64,000 nt of DNA from an uncultured Acidimicrobiia bacterium (lineage in GTDB: Bacteria; Actinomycetota; Thermoleophilia; Solirubrobacterales; 70-9): assembly GCA_964196325.1 (NCBI GenBank), contig CAXMST010000099.1, positions 4,367 through 68,366 of the forward strand. The letters run 5' to 3'. A program made the translations under genes and the position numbers. The notes under the pieces were generated by a model that was not told the DNA's origin, did no database searches, and saw only the letters and a program-made list of their open reading frames with translations. How positions within the stretch are numbered: position 1 is the first letter of the stretch; each line of letters opens with the position of its first letter. Below, in pieces: positions 26,739 through 36,641 of this stretch.

Positions 26739-27499
26739 GGATCCACCAGCTCGCCCGCCGCATCGGGGATCAAGCCGGCGTCCTCGCTGCGGAGCTCGCC
26801 GCGTCGCAGCAGCCGCAGAGCCAGGATCGTGCTGCTGAGCAGGGCCAGACCTCCGAGGCTGAGCTGCACGCTGAGCAGGCCCTCGCGTGTCCAGTAGACA
26901 TCTCGGAGATCGAGCAACAGCGCGGCCTCGTCGAAGGTGAGCCCGACCCCGACCCCGAACGGCAGTGCCAGTGCGGCCTCACGATCCAGGTCGTCGGTTA
27001 GCAACGCGGCGGTCGCGGCGGCGAAGGCCATCACGATCCCGGGCACGAAATGATGAATATGCCGGCCGCCTATACGAACGTTTCCGAGCGGCCACCAACC
27101 GGAGCGGATCCCGGTGCTGGAAAGCCGCGCGATCGCGAACGAACCGGCGAAGCCGCCGAGCAGGTTGAACAGCACAAGCTCCTGCCGCGAGCTCGCCTCA
27201 TAGCCCTCGATCGCGACCCGAACTGTGTCCTGAGTCGCCCGCGAGGCAAGCTGAAGCGCTTCCGCGGTCGCCTCGGGAGCTCCGGCTAGGGGCCACTCGC
27301 CGGCACGCTCGGCCCGCGAGGCCCGACGCCGGAAGCGGCGCGCGAGATCCCCGACCAGCACGGCCCCCGCGGTGGCAGTGGTGGTCGCCGCCAGCGCTAC
27401 GGTAACCCGGTCGGGATGACCGAGATCGAGTCCAACTCGGGCCAGCCCCCGCCGTCGCGCGGGCCGGGAGCGAAACCACCGCGGCAAAGCCATCGCCAC
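26720..27499 (-). CDS. Hypothetical integral membrane protein
   Basis: Arg-rich N-terminus followed by about 4 hydrophobic helices. Placed directly after the sugar dehydrogenase gene with a 3-nt gap. No recognisable family. Confidence 0.5.
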   Translation of the reverse strand: MAMALPRWFRSRPARRRGLARVGLDLGHPDRVTVALAATTTATAGAVLVGDLARRFRRRASRAERAGEWPLAGAPEATAEALQLASRATQDTVRVAIEGYEASSRQELVLFNLLGGFAGSFAIARLSSTGIRSGWWPLGNVRIGGRHIHHFVPGIVMAFAAATAALLTDDLDREAALALPFGVGVGLTFDEAALLLDLRDVYWTREGLLSVQLSLGGLALLSSTILALRLLRRGELRSEDAGLIPDAAGELVDPQPRTA

Positions 27500-27502
27500 T
27501 AC

Positions 27503-28750
27503 TCAGAGTCGCACGAGGTTGTCGGCCTCGATCCCGCGGGAGACCCCGCGGAAGTCGATCACCAGAGCGGCATCGCGGACCAGCGCCTCGTAGTCGACCC
27601 CGGGGTGGGCGGTGACGATCGCGACGGCGTCACTGGTGGCGACGGCGGGCGCCAGCTCGACCGAGCGCAGCCCCGCCTCTCGGAGCTCGGACACGAGCGG
27701 GTCGTGATAGCTGACCTCGGCCCCGAGCTCGCGCAGATGCCGCACGATGTTGAGGGCGGGTGCCTCGCGCAGGTCGCCGACCCCGGCCTTGTAGGAGACG
27801 CCCAGGAGCAGCACCCGCGAGGCCTTGACCGGCTTGCCGACATCGTTCAGCGCCCGCTGGATCTTCTGCACGCAGTACAGGGGCTGGGTCTGATTGATCT
27901 TGCCGGCGAGTTCGATGAACTCGGTGTAGAAGTCGTGCTCTCGTGCCTTGAAGGCGAGGTAGAACGGGTCGATCGGCAGGCAGTGGCCCCCCATCCCCGG
28001 ACCGGGCTCGAAGCGCATGAATCCGAACGGCTTGGTCGCAGCCGCGTCGATCACCTCCCAGATGTCGATCGACATCAGATCGGTGAGCTGGGCCAGCTCG
28101 TTGACCAGGGCGATATTCACCGAGCGGAAGATGTTCTCGAGCAGCTTGGTCAGCTCGGCCGCCTCGGGGCTGGAGACGCGAACCACCTCGGCGGTGATCT
28201 CAGCGTAGAGCTCCTCGGCACGGTCGGCGCAGGCCGCGGTGATCCCCCCAACCACCTTCGGCGTGTTGGCGACCGTGTGATCGGCGCGGCCGGGATCGAT
28301 GCGCTCGGGCGAATAGGCGAGGTGGAAGTCGCGACCCGCGCGCAGGCCGGACTCCTCCAGCAGCGGCTGCAGCTGCTCCCTGGTGGTCCCGGGGTAGGTG
28401 GTCGACTCGAGAACGACGAGCTGGCCCTCGACCAGGATCTCCGCGATCGAACGGGCTGCCGAGATCACGTAGCTGAGGTCGGGCTCGCGCTGGTTGGCAA
28501 GCGGCGTCGGCACACAGATCAGGATCGCGTCACAGCGGCCCAGGGCGCCCACCTCGGTGGTCGGCTGGAAGCAGTCCCCAAGCGCAACCAGGCGCTCGGC
28601 CGGGACGTCTTCGATGTCGGACTCACCCCGGCCGAGGCGCTCGACCCGACGGGCGTCGGTGTCGTAGCCGGTCACGGCATGGCCCGCCTCACCAAAGGCG
28701 AGGGCCAGCGGCAGGCCGACGTAACCGAGTCCGACGATTCCGATGCGCAT
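27503..28750 (-). CDS. Nucleotide-sugar dehydrogenase (UDP-glucose / UDP-N-acetyl-D-mannosamine dehydrogenase family)
   Basis: N-terminal MRIGIVGLGYVGLPLA, catalytic GGHCLP(I)D region, C-terminal UDP-binding domain. Confidence 0.9.
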   Translation of the reverse strand: MRIGIVGLGYVGLPLALAFGEAGHAVTGYDTDARRVERLGRGESDIEDVPAERLVALGDCFQPTTEVGALGRCDAILICVPTPLANQREPDLSYVISAARSIAEILVEGQLVVLESTTYPGTTREQLQPLLEESGLRAGRDFHLAYSPERIDPGRADHTVANTPKVVGGITAACADRAEELYAEITAEVVRVSSPEAAELTKLLENIFRSVNIALVNELAQLTDLMSIDIWEVIDAAATKPFGFMRFEPGPGMGGHCLPIDPFYLAFKAREHDFYTEFIELAGKINQTQPLYCVQKIQRALNDVGKPVKASRVLLLGVSYKAGVGDLREAPALNIVRHLRELGAEVSYHDPLVSELREAGLRSVELAPAVATSDAVAIVTAHPGVDYEALVRDAALVIDFRGVSRGIEADNLVRL

Positions 28751-28825
28751 GCGGGCCAGTCTAGTGGTGGCCCAGACTCACCAAACCCGCGCGGCTGCCC
28801 GGCCCGACGCCCGATGGATCGGAGA

Positions 28826-28898
28826 TGGGCCATGTAGGGATCGAACCTACGACCTTGAGATTAAGAGTCTCCTGCTCTACCAACTGAGCTAATGGCCC
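28826..28898 (-). tRNA. tRNA-Lys (anticodon CTT)
   Basis: Hand fold. Acceptor GGGCCAT/ATGGCCC, D stem GCTC/GAGC, anticodon loop CTCTTAA, T arm GTAGG-TTCGATC-CCTAC, discriminator A. Confidence 0.93.
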
Positions 28899-28951
28899 CG
28901 GGGCCATCTTAACGAGCGCCGAACGCCGACCGAGTGCCCAAAGCGGACTGG

Positions 28952-29761
28952 TCAGCCGCCGCTGTGCCCGCCGCCGTCCGCCCCATCCGCGTCCTGGGCG
29001 GAGCTGTCGCTGGTGCCAAACGGATCCTCGAGCGCCGACGGGTCGTTGCGCAACTGCTTGAGCTGGCGCTGCAGCTGGTTGCCCTGCTGCTTGCGGTTGT
29101 CGAGCTCGGTCTCGAGCGCCGCTGAGCCCGCATCGTCGACCTCAGCGAGCGCCTGCTTCGAGGCCGCATCACCGGCCTTGGTGTCGCCGGCGAAGTAGGC
29201 GGCGCCGGCAAGGTCGAGGTAGGTCTGCGGGCCGGGAAGCTGATCGGCCAGGATCTCGGCCGTGGTCAGAGCACCATCGAGGCGCCTTTGGATCGAGGCC
29301 GGATTGGTGGAGCTCAGCGCGACGTTCCCGTAAGCCCGGTAGACGAGCGTCGCCACCTCGGCGTCAGGCTTGCCCTGGTTGGCGTCGAGGTAGCGCTCCC
29401 AGGCCGCGATCGACGCCTCGAAGCTGGCCGTGGCCTCCTCGGTCAGAACCTGGGTCTGGGTGTCCTCGTCGACCTCGAGCTGCTGCTGCCCGTTCAGATA
29501 GCTGTAGCGGGCAACCGCGACCAGAGCCGCCACGCTCTCGGGGTCGGCCTCCAAGGTTGCCTGCGCCGAATCGATCTGGTCGTTGAACTCGGCGTTGCCG
29601 CCGCCACCGTGACCGTTGCCCAGCCCGAGCGCATCGCCGAGCCCGCCCGAGGCGTCGCCGCCGATCCCGAACAGAACCAGGCCGCCACCGAGGAGCAACG
29701 CCAAGAACACGTATATGACTTGGATGAAGCGCTTGCGCTTGCCCTGGAGATCGAAAAGCAT
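28952..29761 (-). CDS. Hypothetical N-terminally membrane-anchored protein
   Basis: One N-terminal TM helix (IQVIYVFLALLLGGGLVLFGI), then a helical acidic domain. Directly downstream of tatC. High GC3. Confidence 0.55.
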   Translation of the reverse strand: MLFDLQGKRKRFIQVIYVFLALLLGGGLVLFGIGGDASGGLGDALGLGNGHGGGGNAEFNDQIDSAQATLEADPESVAALVAVARYSYLNGQQQLEVDEDTQTQVLTEEATASFEASIAAWERYLDANQGKPDAEVATLVYRAYGNVALSSTNPASIQRRLDGALTTAEILADQLPGPQTYLDLAGAAYFAGDTKAGDAASKQALAEVDDAGSAALETELDNRKQQGNQLQRQLKQLRNDPSALEDPFGTSDSSAQDADGADGGGHSGG

Positions 29762-29803
29762 GGGCCCTGGAGCCTAGAGGATCGCCGCCGCGGGGCGGCG
29801 TCC

Positions 29804-30577
29804 TCAGCCCTCACCCGACGCGGGCTCGCGGGCCAGCTCAGCGCTCGTCTGGCGCGCGCGACCGAACACCCGGGCCAAGACGACCGAGAACTCGAACAGG
29901 ATCAGCAACGGCACCATCGAGATCACCATCGTCACCGGATCGGTGCCGGGCAACAGCATCGCCAGCACCGCGATGATCAAGAACGCGTAGCGGCGGTTGT
30001 GGGCGAGCTGGTCAGGGGTAACGATTCCCATTCGGGTCACGGCGAGGATCCCAACCGGAATCTGAAACAGGATCCCAACCGAGATCAACGAGAGCGCGAA
30101 GAAGCTGTAGTACTCGCGCGCTCTGACTTGGATGTTGAACTCGTCGGAGTTGAAGTTGAGGAGGAAGTCGACCGCGGCCGGGGTGACCACGTAGTAGGCG
30201 AAGGCGACGCCGCCGATGAACAGGAAGGGGACCATCAGCAGCAGCGGCAGCACGACCCCCTTCTCGGTCGGGCTGAAGGCCGGCAGCACGAACGCATAGA
30301 TCTGGTACAGGATGATCGGGAGCGCCAGCAGGATCGCCCCGTACAGCGACAAGGTGATCGTCGTAAGGAAGGGCTCCGCGGGGGAGAGCGTGACCGGCTC
30401 GAAGCCCTCCGGCAACGGCCCGTTGGCGATCTCGAGGATCAGATGGTTCTGCCAGAAGCAGAGCGTCGCTGCAACCAACAGGGCGGCGCCGCCGATGAAC
30501 AGGCGGCTGCGAAGCTCGTCGAGATGCTCGACCAGCGTCAGACGGTCATCGAAGTTGGCGGCCTTGACTCGGGCCAT
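29804..30577 (-). CDS. tatC: Twin-arginine translocase subunit TatC
   Basis: LVEHLDELRSRL, six predicted TM helices, and the conserved LSPAEPF / FQIP motifs. Confidence 0.95.
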   Translation of the reverse strand: MARVKAANFDDRLTLVEHLDELRSRLFIGGAALLVAATLCFWQNHLILEIANGPLPEGFEPVTLSPAEPFLTTITLSLYGAILLALPIILYQIYAFVLPAFSPTEKGVVLPLLLMVPFLFIGGVAFAYYVVTPAAVDFLLNFNSDEFNIQVRAREYYSFFALSLISVGILFQIPVGILAVTRMGIVTPDQLAHNRRYAFLIIAVLAMLLPGTDPVTMVISMVPLLILFEFSVVLARVFGRARQTSAELAREPASGEG

Positions 30578-30610
30578 GCTCAGGCCCCCACCGCCGGGCG
30601 AGTGGGCGCC

Positions 30611-30844
30611 TCAGGCGCCGCGCTGGCCGGCCGGTTCGGTGTCCCCGGCCTCCTCGACGCCGTTTTCGATCTCGGGTGGATCGTCGTCGTCGTCATGGTC
30701 ACTAGCTTCACCCGAGATCGAAGTCTTGAATTCGCGCATGCCACGGCCCAGCGACTTGCCGAGCTCAGGTAGGCGCTTGGGCCCGAAAATCACCAAAGCA
30801 ATGATTAGGACGATTGCCAACTCGAGTGGTCCGACGTTGGGCAC
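30611..30844 (-). CDS. tatA: Twin-arginine translocase subunit TatA/E
   Basis: GPLELAIVLIIALVIFGPKRLPELGKSLG is the canonical TatA N-terminus. Confidence 0.9.
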   Translation of the reverse strand: MPNVGPLELAIVLIIALVIFGPKRLPELGKSLGRGMREFKTSISGEASDHDDDDDPPEIENGVEEAGDTEPAGQRGA

Positions 30845-30914
30845 AGATGGATGGTAGCGCGCTACCAGCCTCGGGACGAGCGCAGCGGCCAGATCGATGT
30901 ACGCTCCGGGCGCC

Positions 30915-31493
30915 GTGATCCTCTCCGACAGATCGATCGCCGAGCAGCTCGAGGCCGGCGGGATAATGATCGACCCGCTGGGCCCGAATGCGATGCAGCC
31001 CTCCTCCGTCGACCTCCGGGTTGACCGCTATTTCCGCGTGTTCCGCAACGACACGACCCCCTACATCGACCCTAAACAGGCGCAGGAAGACCTGACCGAG
31101 CTGGTCGAGGTCGACGATCAGGGCGCGTTCATCCTGCACCCGGGGGAATTCGTCCTCGGCTCGACGCTGGAACGGGTCACGCTCGGCCCCGAGTTGGTCG
31201 CACGGCTGGAAGGCAAATCCTCACTCGGGCGGCTCGGCCTGCTGATCCACAGCACGGCGGGCTTCGTCGACGCCGGCTGGGACGGCCATCTGACCCTGGA
31301 ACTCTCCAACGTCGCGAACCTGCCGATCGCGATCTACCCCGGGATGAAGATCGGTCAGATCTCGTTCCTGCGAATGACGAGCGCGGCGGAAATCCCCTAC
31401 GGCAGCTCGGGCGCGGGCTCGAAATACAAGGGCCAGACGGGGCCGACTCCGTCCCGGTACTACCTCAACTTCGCCGACGAGTCAACGGATTAG
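30915..31493 (+). CDS. dcd: dCTP deaminase
   Basis: (V)ILSDRSI...QPSSVDLR...[11 protein letters not shown]...[10 protein letters not shown]. The GTG at 30915 gives the usual MILSD-type N-terminus. The track start at 30897 is also possible. Confidence 0.9.
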   Translation: MILSDRSIAEQLEAGGIMIDPLGPNAMQPSSVDLRVDRYFRVFRNDTTPYIDPKQAQEDLTELVEVDDQGAFILHPGEFVLGSTLERVTLGPELVARLEGKSSLGRLGLLIHSTAGFVDAGWDGHLTLELSNVANLPIAIYPGMKIGQISFLRMTSAAEIPYGSSGAGSKYKGQTGPTPSRYYLNFADESTD

Positions 31494-31591
31494 AGCCGCG
31501 CGGCTCGGCGGCCGACTGGACGCGCGTCCAGTTTCCAGGCAGGGGCTGGAGTCCGCTCGAGGCCGGTCGATGCGGCAACGGAGGAACACCG

Positions 31592-31930
31592 TTGCCGACT
31601 GGAAGCAGAGATCAAGACAGGCGCCATGGCGCGACCGCCGAGGAGCTCCACATCTGCCGGCGCTGCGACTCCCGATTGGTACAGCCGCTGGAGTGCGCGC
31701 CGGTCGATATGCAGCGCTCCCGGGTCGAGCTCGGCTGTCCCGACTGCGGCCACCATCGCGTCGGCGTGTTCTACGAAGATGCGGTGCAGCGCTTCGGCGC
31801 GCGGCTGGAGCAGGGTACGGATGCGCTCGTCGAGGCCCTGGAGCAACTTGAGCGCAGCAACGTGGAACGCGAGATCGAGCGCTTCAGCCCCGCGCTTGAC
31901 CGCAATCAGCTGACGGCGGAGGACTTCTAG
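31592..31930 (+). CDS. Hypothetical zinc-ribbon protein
   Basis: Two CxxC pairs (CRRCDS ... CPDCGH) followed by a helical acidic tail. GC3 bias supports the plus frame over the overlapping minus ORF. Confidence 0.45.
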   Translation: MPTGSRDQDRRHGATAEELHICRRCDSRLVQPLECAPVDMQRSRVELGCPDCGHHRVGVFYEDAVQRFGARLEQGTDALVEALEQLERSNVEREIERFSPALDRNQLTAEDF

Positions 31931-31966
31931 GCGAGCGTTCACTTCGCCGGGCGCGGCTCCGAGGGC

Positions 31967-32944
31967 TCAGGAGTAGCGCTCGACCACGCCGTCCGCGACC
32001 AGCTCGAACAGTTTCTGGTCGACATGCTCGATCGGCGCCTCACGCAGACCCTGCTTGGCTCGCTCGACCCGATCGCGGGCCTCCCCGCGGACCGCCTCGG
32101 TGGCGCCGCTCGCCGCGATCCGGTCGCAGAGACCCTCGGCGGCAGCGCCGTCGAGCGCGTGGAGATCGATCGACTTGAGCTCTGGATCCCGCTCGCCGGC
32201 CCGAATCATCGGCAGGGTCACGGTCCCGTCGAGCAGGTCGGTGCCCCTTGCCTTCCCAGTGCGCTCTGACGGCCCGACGACGTCGAGGACGTCATCGAGC
32301 AGCTGGAAGGCGAGGCCGATCTCCCCACCGAAACGCTCCAGGGCCACCCGCGCGGCGGCCGGGCGCTCACGGCCGATCACGCAGGCGCACTCGAACAGCG
32401 CCGCGGTCTTGAGCCTGCAGCGTTGCAGATAGCGTTCGGCCGAGACATCGGTCCGGAACGCGTCCTGGCGCTGGGCGAGCTCGCCGCGAGCCAGTGACAC
32501 CGAAGCGCCGGCGAGCGCCATCACCTGGGACTCGGCCTCGGGGCTGGGAAGCAGCTCCGCGAAAGCTCGTGAGAGCAGCAGGTCCCCGGTCGCCAGCGCG
32601 CGCCCGCGACCGGCTGCCGCAACCACGGTCGGCCGCCCTCGCCGCAGCGGGGCGGAGTCGAGGACGTCGTCGTGGACCAGGGTCGCCATGTGCACGAGCT
32701 CGACAGCGGTCGCCGCCCTGATCCCGCCTTCCTGCGCCGGACGGCCGGCGCAGAGCAAGACCAACAGCGGGCGCATGCGCTTGCCGCCCGCGGCCAGGGT
32801 CGACTCCGCCTCGGGAGCCAGCCCCCCGGCGGCGGCGACTATCTCACGCAGCCGTTGCTCCACCTCCTGCAGGCCCAGGGGTAGCCACGAGCCGGCTAGA
32901 TCGGTCACCGCCGTGACCGGCTCAGGGATATTCGAGCCGGCCAT
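31967..32944 (-). CDS. Polyprenyl diphosphate synthase (trans-prenyltransferase, HepT/IspB-like)
   Basis: First Asp-rich motif LVHDDVLD and second FQLLDDVLD. Confidence 0.9.
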   Translation of the reverse strand: MAGSNIPEPVTAVTDLAGSWLPLGLQEVEQRLREIVAAAGGLAPEAESTLAAGGKRMRPLLVLLCAGRPAQEGGIRAATAVELVHMATLVHDDVLDSAPLRRGRPTVVAAAGRGRALATGDLLLSRAFAELLPSPEAESQVMALAGASVSLARGELAQRQDAFRTDVSAERYLQRCRLKTAALFECACVIGRERPAAARVALERFGGEIGLAFQLLDDVLDVVGPSERTGKARGTDLLDGTVTLPMIRAGERDPELKSIDLHALDGAAAEGLCDRIAASGATEAVRGEARDRVERAKQGLREAPIEHVDQKLFELVADGVVERYS

Positions 32945-33690
32945 CAGCCCGCTCGCTTGACCCCGGAGTGGATCGCGATGATCCCCCCGGCCAGGATCGT
33001 CCAGCGGATCCGCTCGAGGCCGGCCGCATCGAGCCGCGCGGCCAGTTGCCCCGGCAGCGGAAACTGGCGGACCGACTCGGGCAGGTAGCTGTAGGCCTCC
33101 CCCTCGCCGGTGAGGCGTCCGAGCAGCGGCACCACGCGGTCGAACCAGAGTGAGAAGAAGCTCGACAGTGGTGCACGCTGAGGCCGCGTGATCTCGAGGA
33201 CTACGAGGGTACCGCCGGGTCTCAGGACGCGGGTCATCTCGGCGATTCCGCGGTCAAGATCAGCGAAGTTGCGGAGCCCGAAGCCAACCGTGACGGCATC
33301 GAAGCTCGCGTCGTCATAGCTGAGCTGTAATGCGTCGCCCCACTCGAAGGTCGGAGCGCCGGCCTGGATCGCGCGAGCGGAGCCCTTCGCGCGTGCCAGC
33401 TCCAGCATCCGCTCTGAGAAGTCGGATCCGACGACATATCCACCGGGACCGACCATCCCCTGAAGCTCGAGGCTCAGATCCCCGGTGCCGCAGGCGACGT
33501 CGAGGGCCCTCCCGCCCGCGGCAAGGCCGGTGCGGGCGGCGGCGCGCTGCCGCCAGCGGCGGTCCATTCCCGCCGTCATCGTCGAGTTCATCGAGTCGTA
33601 GACGCCGGCGATCCGATCGAACATGCCCCGGACCTGGCCGGCGAACTCGTCGGTCTCGCGTGAGGGCTTGCTCTCGATCATGATTTCCAA
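32944..33690 (-). CDS. ubiE: Demethylmenaquinone / ubiquinone-menaquinone methyltransferase
   Basis: FDRIAGVYDSMNS...ALDVACGTGD...FGLRN...EMTRVLRPGG is the UbiE/MenG signature. Confidence 0.9.
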   Translation of the reverse strand: MEIMIESKPSRETDEFAGQVRGMFDRIAGVYDSMNSTMTAGMDRRWRQRAAARTGLAAGGRALDVACGTGDLSLELQGMVGPGGYVVGSDFSERMLELARAKGSARAIQAGAPTFEWGDALQLSYDDASFDAVTVGFGLRNFADLDRGIAEMTRVLRPGGTLVVLEITRPQRAPLSSFFSLWFDRVVPLLGRLTGEGEAYSYLPESVRQFPLPGQLAARLDAAGLERIRWTILAGGIIAIHSGVKRAG

Positions 33691-33772
33691 CCCGCTCGGT
33701 CGGGCCGGCCGGCCGCAGGGATGCTAGCCGCGGCCCGGTGGCGGGCCTGAGCCTCGGCTCGGCCGGCTGGAT

Positions 33773-34510
33773 CTAGGGGCCGGGCTCGGCGGGCTCGGGC
33801 TGCTGACCGTCGAGGGAGGCCAGGTAGCGGACCATCTCGTCAAACGCCTCGGGGTCGGTCTCCTGCAGGTTGTAGGCAGGCATGATCGAAGGCCCAAGCG
33901 TCACCGAGCGGGCGATCGAGGCAGCCGGGACCCGGCTTCCAATCTCGGTCAGGTCGGGACCTAATGTGCCTCCGTTCTCGCCGATCTTGTGGCAACCCAG
34001 ACAGCCCTGGGATGCGACCACCTGCTTGCCCCCCTCGAACTGCGGCGCAGTGGCCAGCTCGATCTCGGTCGGCGGGCCGGCCTCGGCGCCGAGGAAGGTC
34101 AGGTAGCCCATCGAGGCGATCGTCAGCACCGCCGCGAGCATCGCGATCGGACGGCGCAAAGGGTTGCGCTCGGGGCCGCGGTCGTAGAACGGCAGCAGCA
34201 GCAGCAGAACGATCCCGATCGTTGGCACCCCGATCGTCGCCACGGGGGTGAGCCAAGCGGGCTTGATCACACGCAGCACCTCGAACAGGAAGAAGAAGTA
34301 CCACTCCGGACGCGGCGTGTAGGTGGTCGTGGTCGGATCGGCCTTTGGCCCCTGCTCGGCGCCGAGAAACAGCGCCATGACGATGATCACGATGACCACG
34401 ATCAGCGCCATCGTCGAGTCCTTCATCACCGCATAGGGGAAGAATGGCTTCCCCTTCTTCTTCAGCGCCTCGTACTCGCGGAGGTACTGCTCCTTCTCCT
34501 GGCGGTTCAA
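33773..34510 (-). CDS. qcrC: Menaquinol-cytochrome c reductase subunit IV / cytochrome c fusion (QcrC-like)
   Basis: N-terminal three-helix domain with PEWYF (cytochrome b C-terminal / PetD-like) fused to a C-terminal mono-haem c domain with CLGCH. Confidence 0.8.
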   Translation of the reverse strand: MNRQEKEQYLREYEALKKKGKPFFPYAVMKDSTMALIVVIVIIVMALFLGAEQGPKADPTTTTYTPRPEWYFFFLFEVLRVIKPAWLTPVATIGVPTIGIVLLLLLPFYDRGPERNPLRRPIAMLAAVLTIASMGYLTFLGAEAGPPTEIELATAPQFEGGKQVVASQGCLGCHKIGENGGTLGPDLTEIGSRVPAASIARSVTLGPSIMPAYNLQETDPEAFDEMVRYLASLDGQQPEPAEPGP

Positions 34511-34514
34511 CGGC

Positions 34515-35351
34515 TCAGACCTTTTCCGTGCGAGCCGACTTCGGCTTGGTCTCAGACTTGAGCCAGGGTGGGGCGGTGGTCCCGAGCTTGACCACCAGAT
34601 ACAGGTGCGCGCCGATCAGGGCGATGATCGCTCCCGGCACGAGCAGCATGTGGATCGAGTAGAAGCGTGCGAGCGTCGTCGCCCCGAACTCCGGGCCGGC
34701 GCGGAGGAAGTCGGAGAGGTACGGGCCCGCGATCGGCGCGGTGCCGTTGATGTTGACGCCGACGATCGTTGCCCAGTAGGAGCGCTGATCGAAGGGCAGC
34801 AGGTAGCCCGTAAAGCCCATCACCATGGTCAGGATCAGCAGCACGACACCGATTACCCAGTTGAGCTCGCGCGGATATTTGTAAGCACCGAAGAAGAAGA
34901 CCCTGGCCATGTGCACGAAGACGAGGATCACCATTACCGAGGCGCCCCACTTGTGCGTGCCACGGACGAACTCCCCGAGGAAGACGTCGTTGGTCAGATG
35001 GGTAATCGAGTCGTAGGCCTCGATTGTCGACGGCGTGTAGTACATCGCCAGAAAGACGCCGGTGACGGCCTGCGCGACGAACGCGAACAGAGTCGCGGAG
35101 CCAAGCGTGTAGAACCAGTTGGTTCCCTTCGGCACCTTGCGGAACAGCATCCCGGTGAGGAACCCGGAGGCACCGGTGCGCTCGTCCATCCAGCCGACCA
35201 GATCGGCGGGCGCATCCTGGGCGCCGGCCGGCGCTCCCTTGCCGTTGCCGCCGTTCTGCCCCGGCTTGCCCGGGCGCCGCGTCGGCGGCGGCGGCTTCTC
35301 GAGTCTGCCTCCGGCACCCGCGCCGGTGGCCTCGACCTCGCTCTCAGACAT
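34515..35351 (-). CDS. qcrB: Cytochrome b6-like subunit (cytochrome b N-terminal domain)
   Basis: FYTLGSATLF...GVFLAMYY...RGTHKWGASVM...FTGYLLPFDQRSYWA, the bis-His haem b helices. About 50 aa of low-complexity N-terminal extension. Confidence 0.9.
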   Translation of the reverse strand: MSESEVEATGAGAGGRLEKPPPPTRRPGKPGQNGGNGKGAPAGAQDAPADLVGWMDERTGASGFLTGMLFRKVPKGTNWFYTLGSATLFAFVAQAVTGVFLAMYYTPSTIEAYDSITHLTNDVFLGEFVRGTHKWGASVMVILVFVHMARVFFFGAYKYPRELNWVIGVVLLILTMVMGFTGYLLPFDQRSYWATIVGVNINGTAPIAGPYLSDFLRAGPEFGATTLARFYSIHMLLVPGAIIALIGAHLYLVVKLGTTAPPWLKSETKPKSARTEKV

Positions 35352-35371
35352 GCTCGCGGCTCAACATCGGC

Positions 35372-36046
35372 CTAGGGCGCAGGCGCTGTGGAGGGGCGCG
35401 GCGGGTAGAGGTACTCCCAGATGCCCCCGGTGAACTCGCCGGGATCGCGGGCGCGGACCGGCTCGAGGCTCGAGGTGACGCTGAAGCGCGGCCCGATCTC
35501 GACCTCGCCGGCGCTGGTGAGGCGGGTCTGGAAGCGGTCCAGGGGCCGCACCGGCGGGCCACCCAGGACCTCGCCCTCAAAGCCGTAGACGCCACCGTGG
35601 CAGGGGCAGATGAAGTTCCCGGTGGCCTCGAAGTAACGGACCGGGCAGCCGAGGTGGGCGCAGCGGGTTGAGATCGCGATGTACTCGTCGCTGCGCTCGC
35701 CTAGCTCGGGACTGCCCTGACGCACGTAGACCGTGCTCTTGCCCGCCTCGCCGATCCCCGCGACGATCGTGATCACCTTCGCCTTGTAGGTGTCGGCCGC
35801 AAAGTTGTCGGTCGAGCCGACCACCTGCCAAGTCTCCTCCGCGCGCTCGAACACAGGGGCCAGGGCGAAGCCCAAGGCCGGCAGGATGATCAGCGCTCCC
35901 GCCGCGCCGCCGATCGCCTGCCCGGCGACCGTGAACGCCTTACGCCGGGTCAGCGACTCACCGGCGAAGTAGCCGGCCGGCTTCATCTCGGGCGGGCCGC
36001 CGTCGCCGGCGTCGCCGCTGCTGTTGTCGGTGCCTTCGTCAGCCAA
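35372..36046 (-). CDS. qcrA: Rieske [2Fe-2S] subunit
   Basis: CAHLGCPV and CPCHGGVY cluster-binding boxes. N-terminal TM anchor. Confidence 0.9.
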   Translation of the reverse strand: MADEGTDNSSGDAGDGGPPEMKPAGYFAGESLTRRKAFTVAGQAIGGAAGALIILPALGFALAPVFERAEETWQVVGSTDNFAADTYKAKVITIVAGIGEAGKSTVYVRQGSPELGERSDEYIAISTRCAHLGCPVRYFEATGNFICPCHGGVYGFEGEVLGGPPVRPLDRFQTRLTSAGEVEIGPRFSVTSSLEPVRARDPGEFTGGIWEYLYPPRPSTAPAP

Positions 36047-36641
36047 GGTAGGAAGGCGAGAAGCCTACCGCCTCCGACGCTCTCGCCAACTGCTCGCTCA
36101 GGCCAGCCTGGGCCGCCGATTCACGGGCGGCGGCATGCAGCGGCTCGGCAGGGCCGCCGGCGGCGATCGCGCGCTTGGCCTGCTCGTGAGCCGGGCTCGG
36201 CCCCACCGCGACCGCGACCGCGCTAGCCAGCCAGAGCACGGCAGCATCCCGCTCCGCCCGATCGGATCCTCCGGCGTGCAACTGCGCGGAAATCGTGATC
36301 AGATCGGAGAGTTCGCCAACGGACTCCCCGTCTCCGATCGTCGCCAGGCGCTCGAGCCCTTTCGCGTACAGATAGTCGCCGGCAAGGAGGGCAAGGTCGG
36401 GGTCGGGAGGGACGATCAGCCGCGGGTAGCCGTAGTGGAGCAGGTATCCCTCGCGAACGCACTCGACAATCCCGGCATATTCGCCTGCACGATCCCTGCG
36501 GCGCGGGCCGGAGGACGCGAGGACCCCCAGCGCCGCCGGCGAGGAGGGATCGATCACGTGAGGCGAGATCACCGAGTTCTCGGCGCGAAGCTCGCCGGCG
36601 AGCTGTTCGAGTGCGGCGCCGGCCGCTGCGCCCGGGGTCAC
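36039..36641 (-). CDS. Hypothetical protein wedged between hemL and qcrA
   Basis: 4-nt overlap with the hemL stop and 8-nt overlap with the qcrA start. Helical, with LLAGDYLYAKGLERL, but no DDxxD motif. Family not recognised. Confidence 0.5.
   Translation of the reverse strand: MTPGAAAGAALEQLAGELRAENSVISPHVIDPSSPAALGVLASSGPRRRDRAGEYAGIVECVREGYLLHYGYPRLIVPPDPDLALLAGDYLYAKGLERLATIGDGESVGELSDLITISAQLHAGGSDRAERDAAVLWLASAVAVAVGPSPAHEQAKRAIAAGGPAEPLHAAARESAAQAGLSEQLARASEAVGFSPSYLG

Noticed and set aside
31490-31942. 150-aa minus-strand ORF opposite the zinc-ribbon ORF
   Set aside because: The plus frame has the paired CxxC motifs and better third-position GC bias, and the minus ORF has no recognisable features. 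Confidence in either is only moderate.
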